Origin: an uncultured bacterium
Lineage (GTDB): Bacteria; Bacillota_I; Bacilli_A; RFN20; CAG-826
Reading direction: 5' to 3'
Length of the DNA stretch: 64,000 bases
Assembly (NCBI GenBank): GCA_949299335.1
Contig: CASGAD010000014.1
Span: 183,186 to 247,185 of the forward strand
Made by a program: the position numbers and the translations under genes. Below are positions 28,271-37,522 of the stretch, piece by piece; position 1 is the first letter of the stretch, and every line of letters starts with the position of its first letter. Under the pieces are notes generated by a model that was given only the letters and a program-made list of their open reading frames with translations, had not been told where the DNA came from and made no database searches.

Positions 28271-29857
28271 TTAAGCAAATAATTGATCAGATAAATAACT
28301 ATAATCAATAAATGGATTTCTGTTGCCTTGATATTCATAGATTCTATTATTTCTTTGAATCTCAAATGCATCAACAGGATCGGCTTTGTTCCGCTCCAAT
28401 AGTGTTGATAATTTTCCAAATGATACATCATTATTAACATTTAGTTCATCATCCAAAGTTAAAAAATCATAACGAGTGAACATGTAAAAAGCGATACGAG
28501 CTACATCCCCTCTAAAATCACCAGTATAATTATGTACTATACTAGTCTCACCACTTATATTTGGATAGAAAGTGTTTGATGTATTTTCTTTATCATAAAA
28601 CTTATTCCCATGAGCACCATTACTATTTTGGCAAGTCGCTCTTAAGTTGTGTAAATCTGTAGCGTGGTTTTTAGTTGAACTACTTGGTCGAGGATCTTTT
28701 CCATCTAATTTCATTTGTGAACATGGCCAAACATGCTCTTTATTCCATGTACCATTATTTTCTGCAGGTAATAAATCTCCATCAAACAATCCATATATGA
28801 ATCCAGGATTTTCAATACTTTCATCTGTGTAAATCATTATATTAGTATCATCACCATAAGATAATTTAGTCATATTGGAAATTTTTGTATTAAGTTCTGT
28901 TTTTAATTCATCACCTGTCAATGATAAATCTAAGCCATCATAATACTCTTCTTTACTAATTGGCTCATATGTTCCTAATGGTATATTATTGATACCTGGT
29001 TCAACTGGTTTTGCTTCGGTTAAATCTGTTGATAATTTAATATTAGAGCCTTCAGGAATGAGCGCTGTAAAACTAAAAGTATGAAAATAAATAGCTTTAG
29101 CTGTTGTAGACAAACTTAAATCTATTTTAGAGATTGGCTCATATAAATCTTTAACCTCATAAGTTGTTGCTTCGCTATTTTTATAAGTTTCTTCAAAAGC
29201 ATATTCATCTCCGCAGTCTAAAATGAAATTTGCACCAGTTGATGAATATAAAGTAACGCTAAATGAAGTTAAATAAATCGTTTCATCAAACTCAGTTTTA
29301 AAATGCCATGGTGTAGTTTGTGGAGCTTTATTTGAACCTATTTGAATGCCATCCGAAGTTTGACCTAAATAAGCAAAAGCATCATATTCCCAACTTAAGC
29401 CATTAATATTTTCAGTTACTCCAGCAGTTGTATCATATGAAGAACCTGAAAAATCCTTCTGATTTAGTCTATGGGTGTAAGTTTGAATAGTTCCTTCTAC
29501 TTCATCATGCCCAGGATTTTCTTCTTCGCCAGGATTTTCTTCTTCATCATCTTTAATTGAAAATTTAGCAATTAAATTAGTATCTTTTTCGAGTTTAAAA
29601 GTATAAGTTAATTCATCACTAACTAAAATAGAAGATTCATAAAAGCCATGAAAAATTCCATTAGTATCTAAGCTAACATTTAAAGTTATGCTTGTTCCTT
29701 TAGTATATAACCCATTGATATTGCCAGTTATATCTCCACCTTTTCCCTCTTTAGTAACTGAAAATTGATACTTTGTTTCTTCGCCTGTTTCATTATTTTG
29801 ACAGCTAACTAATGATAACGATAATACCCCAAATAAGAAAATAAATTTAGTTCTCAT
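28271..29857 (-). CDS. Endonuclease I-family extracellular nuclease lipoprotein
   Basis: The preferred start is the ATG at 29855-29857 (MRTKFIFLFGVLSLSLVSCQNN, lipobox), because the upstream in-frame ATGGAGGG acts as its RBS. C-terminal endonuclease I motifs: NKEHVWPCS, DLHNLRATCQNSNGAHGNKFY, GDVARIAFYM, YQGNRNPFIDY. An InlB-B-repeat-like domain lies at the N-terminus. Confidence 0.85.
   Translation of the reverse strand: MRTKFIFLFGVLSLSLVSCQNNETGEETKYQFSVTKEGKGGDITGNINGLYTKGTSITLNVSLDTNGIFHGFYESSILVSDELTYTFKLEKDTNLIAKFSIKDDEEENPGEEENPGHDEVEGTIQTYTHRLNQKDFSGSSYDTTAGVTENINGLSWEYDAFAYLGQTSDGIQIGSNKAPQTTPWHFKTEFDETIYLTSFSVTLYSSTGANFILDCGDEYAFEETYKNSEATTYEVKDLYEPISKIDLSLSTTAKAIYFHTFSFTALIPEGSNIKLSTDLTEAKPVEPGINNIPLGTYEPISKEEYYDGLDLSLTGDELKTELNTKISNMTKLSYGDDTNIMIYTDESIENPGFIYGLFDGDLLPAENNGTWNKEHVWPCSQMKLDGKDPRPSSSTKNHATDLHNLRATCQNSNGAHGNKFYDKENTSNTFYPNISGETSIVHNYTGDFRGDVARIAFYMFTRYDFLTLDDELNVNNDVSFGKLSTLLERNKADPVDAFEIQRNNRIYEYQGNRNPFIDYSYLSDQLFA
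29511..29546. repeat. 2 x 18-bp tandem repeat inside the nuclease lipoprotein gene
   Basis: CCAGGATTTTCTTCTTCG followed by CCAGGATTTTCTTCTTCA. It encodes the acidic linker EENPGEEENPG. Confidence 0.8.
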
Positions 29858-29888
29858 ATTTCCCTCCATTTATTCTTTAATAAGAATG

Positions 29889-30848
29889 TTATTCATTTTG
29901 AAATTTTAAATTTATTTTATTTCTACATTCATCCATTAGTTTAATAATTTCTAAATTATCTTGTAATTTAACAAATGTAGATTCCTTGTTATTTAAATCT
30001 AAATCATTAAAAGTATCGTAAAATTCTTTTTGATATGTAGTTTTCCCTTTAATAACATCTCGTTTAAGATTGTTATTATATTTAACAACAATTTTCTTAG
30101 GAGCATGGCCTTTATATACTTTGACTACACCATTTTGATAATTAAAAACTAATTTATCTTTTATTTTATTAATAGAAGTGTTTATTCTGACTATAAAATC
30201 TTTATAAATAAATTCTATTTTGTCAATTAAATCAATTTCGTGATACATCTTAGCTTTTATTTTAATATCTAAAGGCTTGCCAAATAAGATATAAGCAATT
30301 GTAATTAAGTATATTCCTATATCTAGTAAAGCCCCGCCACCTCTATTTTTATCAAATATTCTATTATTTTTAGAAAGTTTAGATTTATAGACTGAAAAAG
30401 AGAAAGTAGCTTCTTTTAACTTTCCTAATTTTTTTGAGTGAACTATATTTTTTAATGAATAAAAAATATCACTATGAAGTGTCCACATCGCTTCACTAAC
30501 ATAGGTATCATATTTTTTATTCATTAAAATTACATCTTTGATTTCGTTTGAACTAATAGTAATCGGTTTTTCAACAAGAACAGGGACATGTTCTTTCAAA
30601 CATAATTTAATATATTCATAATGAGAAGAATGAGGCGTAGCTATATATACTAACGAATATAAATTTTTATTATCTAAAAATTCTTCAACATTATCAAAAA
30701 TCTTTGCATTATATTTATTAGCTAATTTTTTAGCTGTTTTTTTGTTACGAGAAAATATTGCAGAAATTTCAAAATCTCCGCAAGACTTAAGTATTTTATA
30801 TATTTTAGAAACAATAACTCCGCTTCCAATAATTCCTAGTTTGTACAT
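29889..30848 (-). CDS. Gfo/Idh/MocA-family NAD(P)-dependent oxidoreductase
   Basis: 319 aa. N-terminal Rossmann motif is MYKLGIIGSGVI, and the consensus motif EKP is present (VLVEKPI). No signal peptide and no obvious SD. Confidence 0.75.
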   Translation of the reverse strand: MYKLGIIGSGVIVSKIYKILKSCGDFEISAIFSRNKKTAKKLANKYNAKIFDNVEEFLDNKNLYSLVYIATPHSSHYEYIKLCLKEHVPVLVEKPITISSNEIKDVILMNKKYDTYVSEAMWTLHSDIFYSLKNIVHSKKLGKLKEATFSFSVYKSKLSKNNRIFDKNRGGGALLDIGIYLITIAYILFGKPLDIKIKAKMYHEIDLIDKIEFIYKDFIVRINTSINKIKDKLVFNYQNGVVKVYKGHAPKKIVVKYNNNLKRDVIKGKTTYQKEFYDTFNDLDLNNKESTFVKLQDNLEIIKLMDECRNKINLKFQNE

Positions 30849-30850
30849 AA

Positions 30851-30886
30851 TTAAAAAAGAATAGGTAGTACAAACTACCTATTCTT
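30851..30886 (-). terminator. Strong intrinsic terminator after the 817-aa lipoprotein gene
   Basis: AAGAATAGGTAGT-ACAA-ACTACCTATTCTT forms a 13-bp perfect stem, followed on the minus strand by TTTTTT. The T-run ends about 4 nt before the oxidoreductase ATG (30848). Confidence 0.75.
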
Positions 30887-30897
30887 AGCATTATTTA

Positions 30898-33351
30898 TTA
30901 AGCTACAAATGTGATTCCACCACAATATGTGATATATCCAGGGGTAGTAATTGTTAATGCGCCAGTTGCTGCTTCAGGAACATCATAAACAAATACTGAG
31001 TATGCAATTGACTTGCCATTTTCTGTTTCTACACCATCAATAACAGTTGCTTTTGAGGTATCATCACTTCTTTCAAGCTCAGTTTCGCCAACTGTAATAG
31101 TAAATGGATTAACATATGTTCCACCAGTAACATATTGTTTAATTACAATTTGTTTAATTCCGCTAACGTCGGCAGCTTTTAAAGCTGTTCCGTTTTTACC
31201 AAACATATATGAAGGGATATCAGCTGTAAAGTATCCACCAGCTCCTTCGCTACTATTACCAACTGCGGTTCCGAGAGTAAATTCTTTATTATTGGTCTTG
31301 AAAGATACTTCTTCGTTTAAATATTTATTATCTTTAACACCTTTTTCAGTAAGAATTTCATTAACATCACTTGGTTCAACAGTATATTTAGCATTAGCAA
31401 CTTCTGTAAAGTTAATACTACCAACATATTGAAAACTAAATGTACCTGTAAGTGAAACATCTCCTGTTAATTTTTCAGTATTAGAATAAACATAAGTATA
31501 CTCATAAACTTTCTTGGTGCCAACAAGAAGACCAGGTATTTCTTTTGCTTCACCTAATAAAGTTCCTTTGATTTCAGTGTCACCGATTTTAACTGCGACA
31601 TCATTTGTATATGGTTTTCCAGTTGAACTACTAACACTTGTTGTGTATTGAGTAATTGTTAAATTTGTAAAGCTTGCAGCTTTAGTAACAACTGTTCCAT
31701 TTTTGCTCATCATAAATGCATCGAGTTCAGTTGTGAAGAATCCGCTTGCACCTTCTGAACAATTTCCAACAGATCCTTTTCCGAAAGTAAATTCAACACC
31801 ATCAATAGTTGCATCTTTATCTGCTGCTGTATATGAATTATCTTCAACACCATCTAATACACTTGCTAAATCAGAATTTGTAATCTTTACACCATCAAGA
31901 TTTGTATATTCTGTTAATGCTTCTTCAACAGTAATTTTAATTGAACCAAATTTAGTTGCATCAGATGATGGAGTTGCTTTAATTTCAACTTCACCAACTT
32001 TTAAACCAGTAACAACACCATTTTGATCAACTGTAGCGATAGTTTCATCAGAACTTGACCATGTAATAGTTTGTTCAGTATCAAAATCTAACGCTTCTGC
32101 TGTTAAGGTAATAGTTTTGCCAACAGTAACTTTTGTTGTATCAGCTGTAATTGAAACATTTGGATTAGCAACATAAGCATTGTTATTTACTGTAGCGAAA
32201 GTAGAATCGATAAATGAGAAACCTGGAATTTTCTTTTCAGTTGTATTTCCATCTGAGCCAAGACCATTATAAACGTTTACAGTAGCAATTGGTCCAACAT
32301 AATCTAAAGTTTTGGCGCCATTAGAATCTTTAATTTCTTTTAAAGTGTTATAAAACTTAAGCTTGTCATCATAATCTGCATTGTATCTATCACTAGAAAT
32401 AGTAATTTCTTTACCTTTATAACGAACAATAGCTGTAACATATGCGTTTTCAGTTGTTTTTCCGTTATAAACATTAGCATTAATTGAACATTCTATAACT
32501 TTAGCACCTGTAATTTTATACATTGCAGCATAGTGATCAGTAAATTTAGCAATGTTATCTGCATCTTCTAATTCATTTATAGCAGCTTCTTCAACGCCTT
32601 CTCTGATTTCATCAGCAGCTAATTTAGTAATAACAGCTCCACTACCTGCTATTTGCTTAACATTATTATATGAGCTTGCTTCACCTAAAACTTCAACTGC
32701 ATCACCAATTTCTAATGTGTCAGTAACTGATTTAGCTGGTTTATAAACCATTAAAGCATATTCACCATCTTGGACATAAATTCCATAAGGTGTGCCTTTT
32801 CCATCAGTATCTTTAATAATACCAGTAACATAACCTTGAACAGCAACATCGCCTTCTGTTGGCATATCTTTAATAGTTACATAATTTTTATCATTAACTA
32901 AGTTAATTTCATAAGTAGCTGTAGCTTTTGCATCGCCTAAAGTAGCTTCTGCAGAAATTGTAAATTTGCCTGTACTATTTCCTGCAATATTTCCATCATA
33001 TATAGGCTTCATTTCTAAGAAAGTTTCTTGATCAGTAACTTTCCATTGTGAAGCTTCATATGTCCAGTTAATAGAAACTTGGTGTTCGATATTAGCTTCA
33101 CTTAAATATGTAAAATCTGTAGTAGCTTTTAAATATCCACCAGTTAATGCTGTTAACTCATTATATGCAGTTGGATAAGTTGTTGGTCTCATTGGATTAG
33201 TTTTATTGTCTAATAAAATTGATGCGTCCTTAATAACTGCGTCAACGATTTCTTGATCAGTCATAGTTTCTGAAGCACCGCCACAGCTTGTTAACATTCC
33301 AAATGTAAGAGCTGTAAATGCTAAAACTGATAACATTCTATTTCTTTTCAT
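30898..33351 (-). CDS. Large surface lipoprotein with an OB-like domain, a Big_2 domain and an internally duplicated C-terminal module
   Basis: 817 aa. Lipobox is LTFGMLTSCGG. The OB-like segment is VAVQGYVTGIIKDTDGKGTPYGIYVQDGEYALMVY...GDAVEVLGEASSYNNVKQI. The Big_2 domain is VTVGKTITLTAEALDFDTEQTITWSSSDETIATVDQNGVVTGLKVGEVEIKA. The two related C-terminal modules are FTFGKGSVGNCSEGASGFFTT... and FTLGTAVGNSSEGAGGYFTA.... Confidence 0.7.
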   Translation of the reverse strand: MKRNRMLSVLAFTALTFGMLTSCGGASETMTDQEIVDAVIKDASILLDNKTNPMRPTTYPTAYNELTALTGGYLKATTDFTYLSEANIEHQVSINWTYEASQWKVTDQETFLEMKPIYDGNIAGNSTGKFTISAEATLGDAKATATYEINLVNDKNYVTIKDMPTEGDVAVQGYVTGIIKDTDGKGTPYGIYVQDGEYALMVYKPAKSVTDTLEIGDAVEVLGEASSYNNVKQIAGSGAVITKLAADEIREGVEEAAINELEDADNIAKFTDHYAAMYKITGAKVIECSINANVYNGKTTENAYVTAIVRYKGKEITISSDRYNADYDDKLKFYNTLKEIKDSNGAKTLDYVGPIATVNVYNGLGSDGNTTEKKIPGFSFIDSTFATVNNNAYVANPNVSITADTTKVTVGKTITLTAEALDFDTEQTITWSSSDETIATVDQNGVVTGLKVGEVEIKATPSSDATKFGSIKITVEEALTEYTNLDGVKITNSDLASVLDGVEDNSYTAADKDATIDGVEFTFGKGSVGNCSEGASGFFTTELDAFMMSKNGTVVTKAASFTNLTITQYTTSVSSSTGKPYTNDVAVKIGDTEIKGTLLGEAKEIPGLLVGTKKVYEYTYVYSNTEKLTGDVSLTGTFSFQYVGSINFTEVANAKYTVEPSDVNEILTEKGVKDNKYLNEEVSFKTNNKEFTLGTAVGNSSEGAGGYFTADIPSYMFGKNGTALKAADVSGIKQIVIKQYVTGGTYVNPFTITVGETELERSDDTSKATVIDGVETENGKSIAYSVFVYDVPEAATGALTITTPGYITYCGGITFVA

Positions 33352-33385
33352 ATTGCTTTATTTCCTCCTGCGCAAATATGTTTAA

Positions 33386-34834
33386 TTATTCTACTTCAAG
33401 GATATAATCTTGATATCCTTCTCTAAAACTTGGCAAAGTAAGTTGATATTCAATATCAGAATCTTCGTCATATTGGTAGCAACCAACAAAAGCTTTAACA
33501 GAGTATTTTTTGCCTACTTCGAATACAGCTTCAATTGTTGCTGGGTCTGTAAAGAATGCGTGAGATTCGCATCTAATATTTAATTGCATATTATTATAAT
33601 AAGTCAAAATTGTATAAACAATTCCACCACTTGTAGTTGTACTTGTGTAATATGCAGCATCTGGATTATCCTTACTAGCATGTGTATTTAATACCAGTTC
33701 AACATAGTTACCAGTAAATTTTTCAAAATCACTATATTGGGTAATACTTGTGCTAGGAACAGCATATGCATTGGTGTTATATTCATATCCTAATGCCTCG
33801 ACTTCTTCTTTTGTTTTTGCGACATACTCAAAAGCATATCTAGAAGCAATCGTGCTTGTTTCAATATCAGTCAATTGATAATTACCACTATACTTTGTAA
33901 TCTTACAATAGAACTTAATAATGTATCCTGGTTTTAAATCGATTGATTTATATTGTGTAAAAGCATAGATTCCAGAATAAGTTTCATCAGTATCTAATTT
34001 AGTTAAATCTCTACAATAGAAGTTATATCCTGCAACACCAGTTACAATTGCAGTAATACGTAATTTTTTACCACCAGAACTTGTGTTATAGTCAACACCT
34101 AAAGTATCAAAATTAGCTTTTGCGTTTGCAATAGTAGTTTCAACTACTTCACCACTATCATCATAATCGCAATCAGCTTCACCATTTACTCTTCTCTTAG
34201 CTGCTTTAGCTGCATCACCAGCTTCTTTAAAAGCATCATAATATCCAGGTAAAAGGTCACTATTTTGTTGTAAATAATTTAAAGAGTATCCTTGTTCAAC
34301 AATTTCTAAGTTCAATAAGCGGTAATCACTAGTTTCTGTTTTATACCAAACAAATCCCATGAATCTTCCGCCAGACGAATCATACTTTTCGAATTGGATT
34401 AAATCATTAACAACTACAATTGAAGTTGCACTCTTTAATTTACTTTTTGTAAATAAAGAAGCCTTTAATCCCCAAGGATCGATTTCACCAGTAGATTCTG
34501 GAGTGTCAATAGCTTCATATCTTAATCTGAATCTATCACTATCTTGTCCAGTTCCATTTACAAGTGAAAAGTTTGTGGTATCACCATCAGTATATGCAAT
34601 TACTTTAACTTCACTTATAGCAAGTCCACTTTTTGGTTGAGCAGAAACAAAATTATTACGAGAAATTTTGTCTTCCATTGTGAACTTAAAACTATCAGTT
34701 ATTGGAGTTGCATATTCTTCATTTGATCCACAGGCTTGTTCTGCTGGGCCACAGCTAGTTAAACTAGCTGAAGCGCCAACAAACATTGAAGCAAGAATAA
34801 ATCCAAATATATATTTTATTCCTTTAAATTTCAT
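33386..34834 (-). CDS. Thermonuclease (SNase)-family membrane nuclease lipoprotein with C-terminal OB-like domains
   Basis: 482 aa. Lipobox is ASLTSCGP. The SNase core is VIAYTDGDTTNF...FRLRYEAIDTPES...WGLKASLFTKSKL...GGRFMGFVWY...LNLEIVEQGYS. The OB-like segment is LRITAIVTGVAGYNFYCRDL...GYIIKFYCKITKYSGNYQL. Confidence 0.85.
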   Translation of the reverse strand: MKFKGIKYIFGFILASMFVGASASLTSCGPAEQACGSNEEYATPITDSFKFTMEDKISRNNFVSAQPKSGLAISEVKVIAYTDGDTTNFSLVNGTGQDSDRFRLRYEAIDTPESTGEIDPWGLKASLFTKSKLKSATSIVVVNDLIQFEKYDSSGGRFMGFVWYKTETSDYRLLNLEIVEQGYSLNYLQQNSDLLPGYYDAFKEAGDAAKAAKRRVNGEADCDYDDSGEVVETTIANAKANFDTLGVDYNTSSGGKKLRITAIVTGVAGYNFYCRDLTKLDTDETYSGIYAFTQYKSIDLKPGYIIKFYCKITKYSGNYQLTDIETSTIASRYAFEYVAKTKEEVEALGYEYNTNAYAVPSTSITQYSDFEKFTGNYVELVLNTHASKDNPDAAYYTSTTTSGGIVYTILTYYNNMQLNIRCESHAFFTDPATIEAVFEVGKKYSVKAFVGCYQYDEDSDIEYQLTLPSFREGYQDYILEVE

Positions 34835-34839
34835 AAAAA

Positions 34840-36411
34840 TTAATCTTGTGGAATATGACCTTTATCTAATTGATAGTATGTGTCAAGTAATTTCAAATAT
34901 GTATCTAAACTATTGACATCAACTTCCTTAGGATCTAAGTCTCTAACAGCACCCATAATTGAGCCAACATTAGCTCTGATTGAACTGGATCCAACAAATC
35001 CTGGGTCAACGAATTGTGTCCAAGTTGTGTTTTCACCTAAATAATCATCGAAGTTAACATTGATAGCATCTCTCATAGTTTTTGCTGTGCCAGTTAAAGA
35101 AGTATCTTTTAAGTAGCTTTGATATAAATCAGTTTGATAAGCATTCTTTGTAACTGGAATATAACCACTTGCTTTAGCAAATGTTGCATTTGTAACAGGA
35201 TCATAGCTTAATGTTTTTAATAAATTCCATGTTTCTCTTCTGCTTGCTTCATCAGTGTTCTTAAACATGACTAAGTTAGTTCCTTGAGAAATGACATATT
35301 TACAATCTGGTTTATCTGCGTTATATGGAATTGGGTTGATTTCTACTTCGAATAAGTTATCTGCAGGAACACAGTTACTAACACCAGCACTTGAACCAAT
35401 TGTGAAAATTGTTTTGAAAGCTTTAAATGGTGTAGATGTATAGCTTGATTCACCGAAATCACTTGGAATACCGATAATTCCTTCTTCAAAATATTTATTA
35501 AATGTTTTTAATGCTGTAGCAACTTCATTTGATTTGTAACGCATAACGCCAATTTCGTTACCATTTTTATCTTTTGTTAACTCTGTATATGTACCACCCC
35601 ATTGTCTAACAATTGTAATAAAGAAGTTAGCTTGTGAGTCATAAGAAAGAATTCTGAAATCGTTCTTATTGATACCGGATAAGTCAACTTTAACTGAATA
35701 GCCACTTTCAAGAGCAGCTTTACTGTTATAACATTTGACTTCTCCATTAGCATTCATTGCAAGTACACCATTAAATGCGCCTTTGCCAACTACTTGAAGT
35801 GTTTTATCCTTAATACCATATTTATCGATGTTTGATAAAGCATTAAGAGCTTTTAATCCAAACTCTTCAACACCTTGCCATGTTGTTGGAACACCAGTAA
35901 TTTCATTTTCTGTTCCTTTTGTCATAGCAACTAAAACATCAACAAATGTTTTATTTGTAGTTAAAACTTCAGTTGATTTATTAAATGGTAAACCCATTGT
36001 TTGTCCATCAACAATCTCTTGACATTCAGTTAAATAGTTTTGATAGTAATCATCTAAATTAACATTGTCTTCTTTAATATAATTATCTAATGAGAAAAGG
36101 ATACTAGACTCATTATATTGTGCCATGTGGTCTGGATAAGCAACTGCTAATTGTGGATAAGTTCTTGTAGAAACTGAACCAGAAATTGTACTTAATAAGT
36201 TGTCATAGCCACCTTGACCAGTATGTATAATATCATATGTCAAATCTGGATGTTCTTCCCTATAAGTCTCTAAAACGTTTTCTAATGCTGTAGTCATTGA
36301 TGTACCGAATCCGGTCCAAAAATTAATAACCCCTTTGCTTTGTCCACAGCTTGAGAGAGCCATAACCCCCATAACGGCAGTAATAGCTGCAATCTTCATA
36401 TTTTTGTTCAT
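34840..36411 (-). CDS. ABC transporter solute-binding lipoprotein (family 1 / CUT1-like), substrate unknown
   Basis: 523 aa. Lipobox is VMALSSCGQS. A strong RBS (AAAGGAGGAAAACAA) precedes it. It lies directly downstream of two CUT1-type permeases. Confidence 0.8.
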   Translation of the reverse strand: MNKNMKIAAITAVMGVMALSSCGQSKGVINFWTGFGTSMTTALENVLETYREEHPDLTYDIIHTGQGGYDNLLSTISGSVSTRTYPQLAVAYPDHMAQYNESSILFSLDNYIKEDNVNLDDYYQNYLTECQEIVDGQTMGLPFNKSTEVLTTNKTFVDVLVAMTKGTENEITGVPTTWQGVEEFGLKALNALSNIDKYGIKDKTLQVVGKGAFNGVLAMNANGEVKCYNSKAALESGYSVKVDLSGINKNDFRILSYDSQANFFITIVRQWGGTYTELTKDKNGNEIGVMRYKSNEVATALKTFNKYFEEGIIGIPSDFGESSYTSTPFKAFKTIFTIGSSAGVSNCVPADNLFEVEINPIPYNADKPDCKYVISQGTNLVMFKNTDEASRRETWNLLKTLSYDPVTNATFAKASGYIPVTKNAYQTDLYQSYLKDTSLTGTAKTMRDAINVNFDDYLGENTTWTQFVDPGFVGSSSIRANVGSIMGAVRDLDPKEVDVNSLDTYLKLLDTYYQLDKGHIPQD

Positions 36412-36461
36412 TGTTTTCCTCCTTTTAGAACAAATATATATCTAATATGCCTTACGCATTA

Positions 36462-37508
36462 TTAGCCTTTAATACCACTTCTTGATACACCTTTCATAAT
36501 GTACTTATGGAAGATAATAAAGAATACGAATAGTGGTAACGTAACAACGACAGAACCAGCCATCTTACCAGGTTGGTTATCGCTAAATTCGCTTGAGAAT
36601 ATTGACATTAATCCATTCGAAACAAGTCTAATATCATAACCAGTTCCAAATATAAGGTTGTTTTGTGTCTTACCATTAGCAACAAGTGTTGGCCATACGT
36701 AACTATTCCATCCACCCATCAACGAAAGAATAATAATTGTAACAATAGTTGGCATACCAATTGGAATCATAACTCTTAATAAGTATTTCCAGTCAGTATA
36801 TCCGTCAACTTTTGCTGCCAAATATAATTCGTTTGGAATTTGCTGGAATGTTTGACGCAAATAAAATATATAGAAGACACTAACACCATGTACAAGTATT
36901 AATGCAGCGAAAGTATTTTCCCAGTTAAATTGTTTAACGAGGGCATAATTTGTAATAATCATCATTTCGCCAGGAATCATCATAGTAGCAAGAATGATTA
37001 AAAATAATGCATTTTTACCTTTGAAATTCAATCTAGCAAAGGCGAAAGCTGCAAGTACACTAGTTACAACGGTAACTATCATAGACCCACCAGCAGAAAT
37101 AAGAGTATTTAAGAAATATTGGAAGAAACTTGCTTTTTCTTGAACTTGACCAAGATTATCAATATAAGTTTTTCCAAAAACATCAATATAGTTTTGCCAT
37201 GTAAATGGAATCGGCAATAAAGAAATTGTATTGCTTGATTTGTTTGCTTCATAAGTAGCATTCGATATAAATGATGTAGAAATCATAAATATGAATGGAA
37301 TGATAATAAATAAAGCAAATGCAATCAAGAAAGCATACATTAAAACTTGAGTGATTACTCTAGCAGTTTTATGACTCTTTCCAATATTGTAGCCATCTTC
37401 TCCAGCTTTACTTCCATATTGAAGTTGTTCTCTACTAATTTCGAGTTTTTTATAGCCACTATCTAAATAAGCTTGTAATTCTTCATTAGATTTAATTGCT
37501 TTAGCCAT
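36462..37508 (-). CDS. ABC transporter permease (UgpE/MalG-like) with N-terminal extension
   Basis: 348 aa. EAA loop is LYLAAKVDGYTDWKYLLRVMIPIGMP. C-terminal motif is GVSRSGIKG. RBS is GGAAGGAG. Confidence 0.85.
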   Translation of the reverse strand: MAKAIKSNEELQAYLDSGYKKLEISREQLQYGSKAGEDGYNIGKSHKTARVITQVLMYAFLIAFALFIIIPFIFMISTSFISNATYEANKSSNTISLLPIPFTWQNYIDVFGKTYIDNLGQVQEKASFFQYFLNTLISAGGSMIVTVVTSVLAAFAFARLNFKGKNALFLIILATMMIPGEMMIITNYALVKQFNWENTFAALILVHGVSVFYIFYLRQTFQQIPNELYLAAKVDGYTDWKYLLRVMIPIGMPTIVTIIILSLMGGWNSYVWPTLVANGKTQNNLIFGTGYDIRLVSNGLMSIFSSEFSDNQPGKMAGSVVVTLPLFVFFIIFHKYIMKGVSRSGIKG

Positions 37509-37522
37509 ACTTTTCTCCTTCC

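Noticed and set aside
28225-28440. A 71-aa ORF overlapping the 3' end of the endonuclease I lipoprotein gene, and similarly the 70-aa ORF at 49275..49487 that overlaps the junction of the two permease genes.
   Set aside because: These are out-of-frame overlaps with confidently assigned genes. They have no motifs and no RBS.
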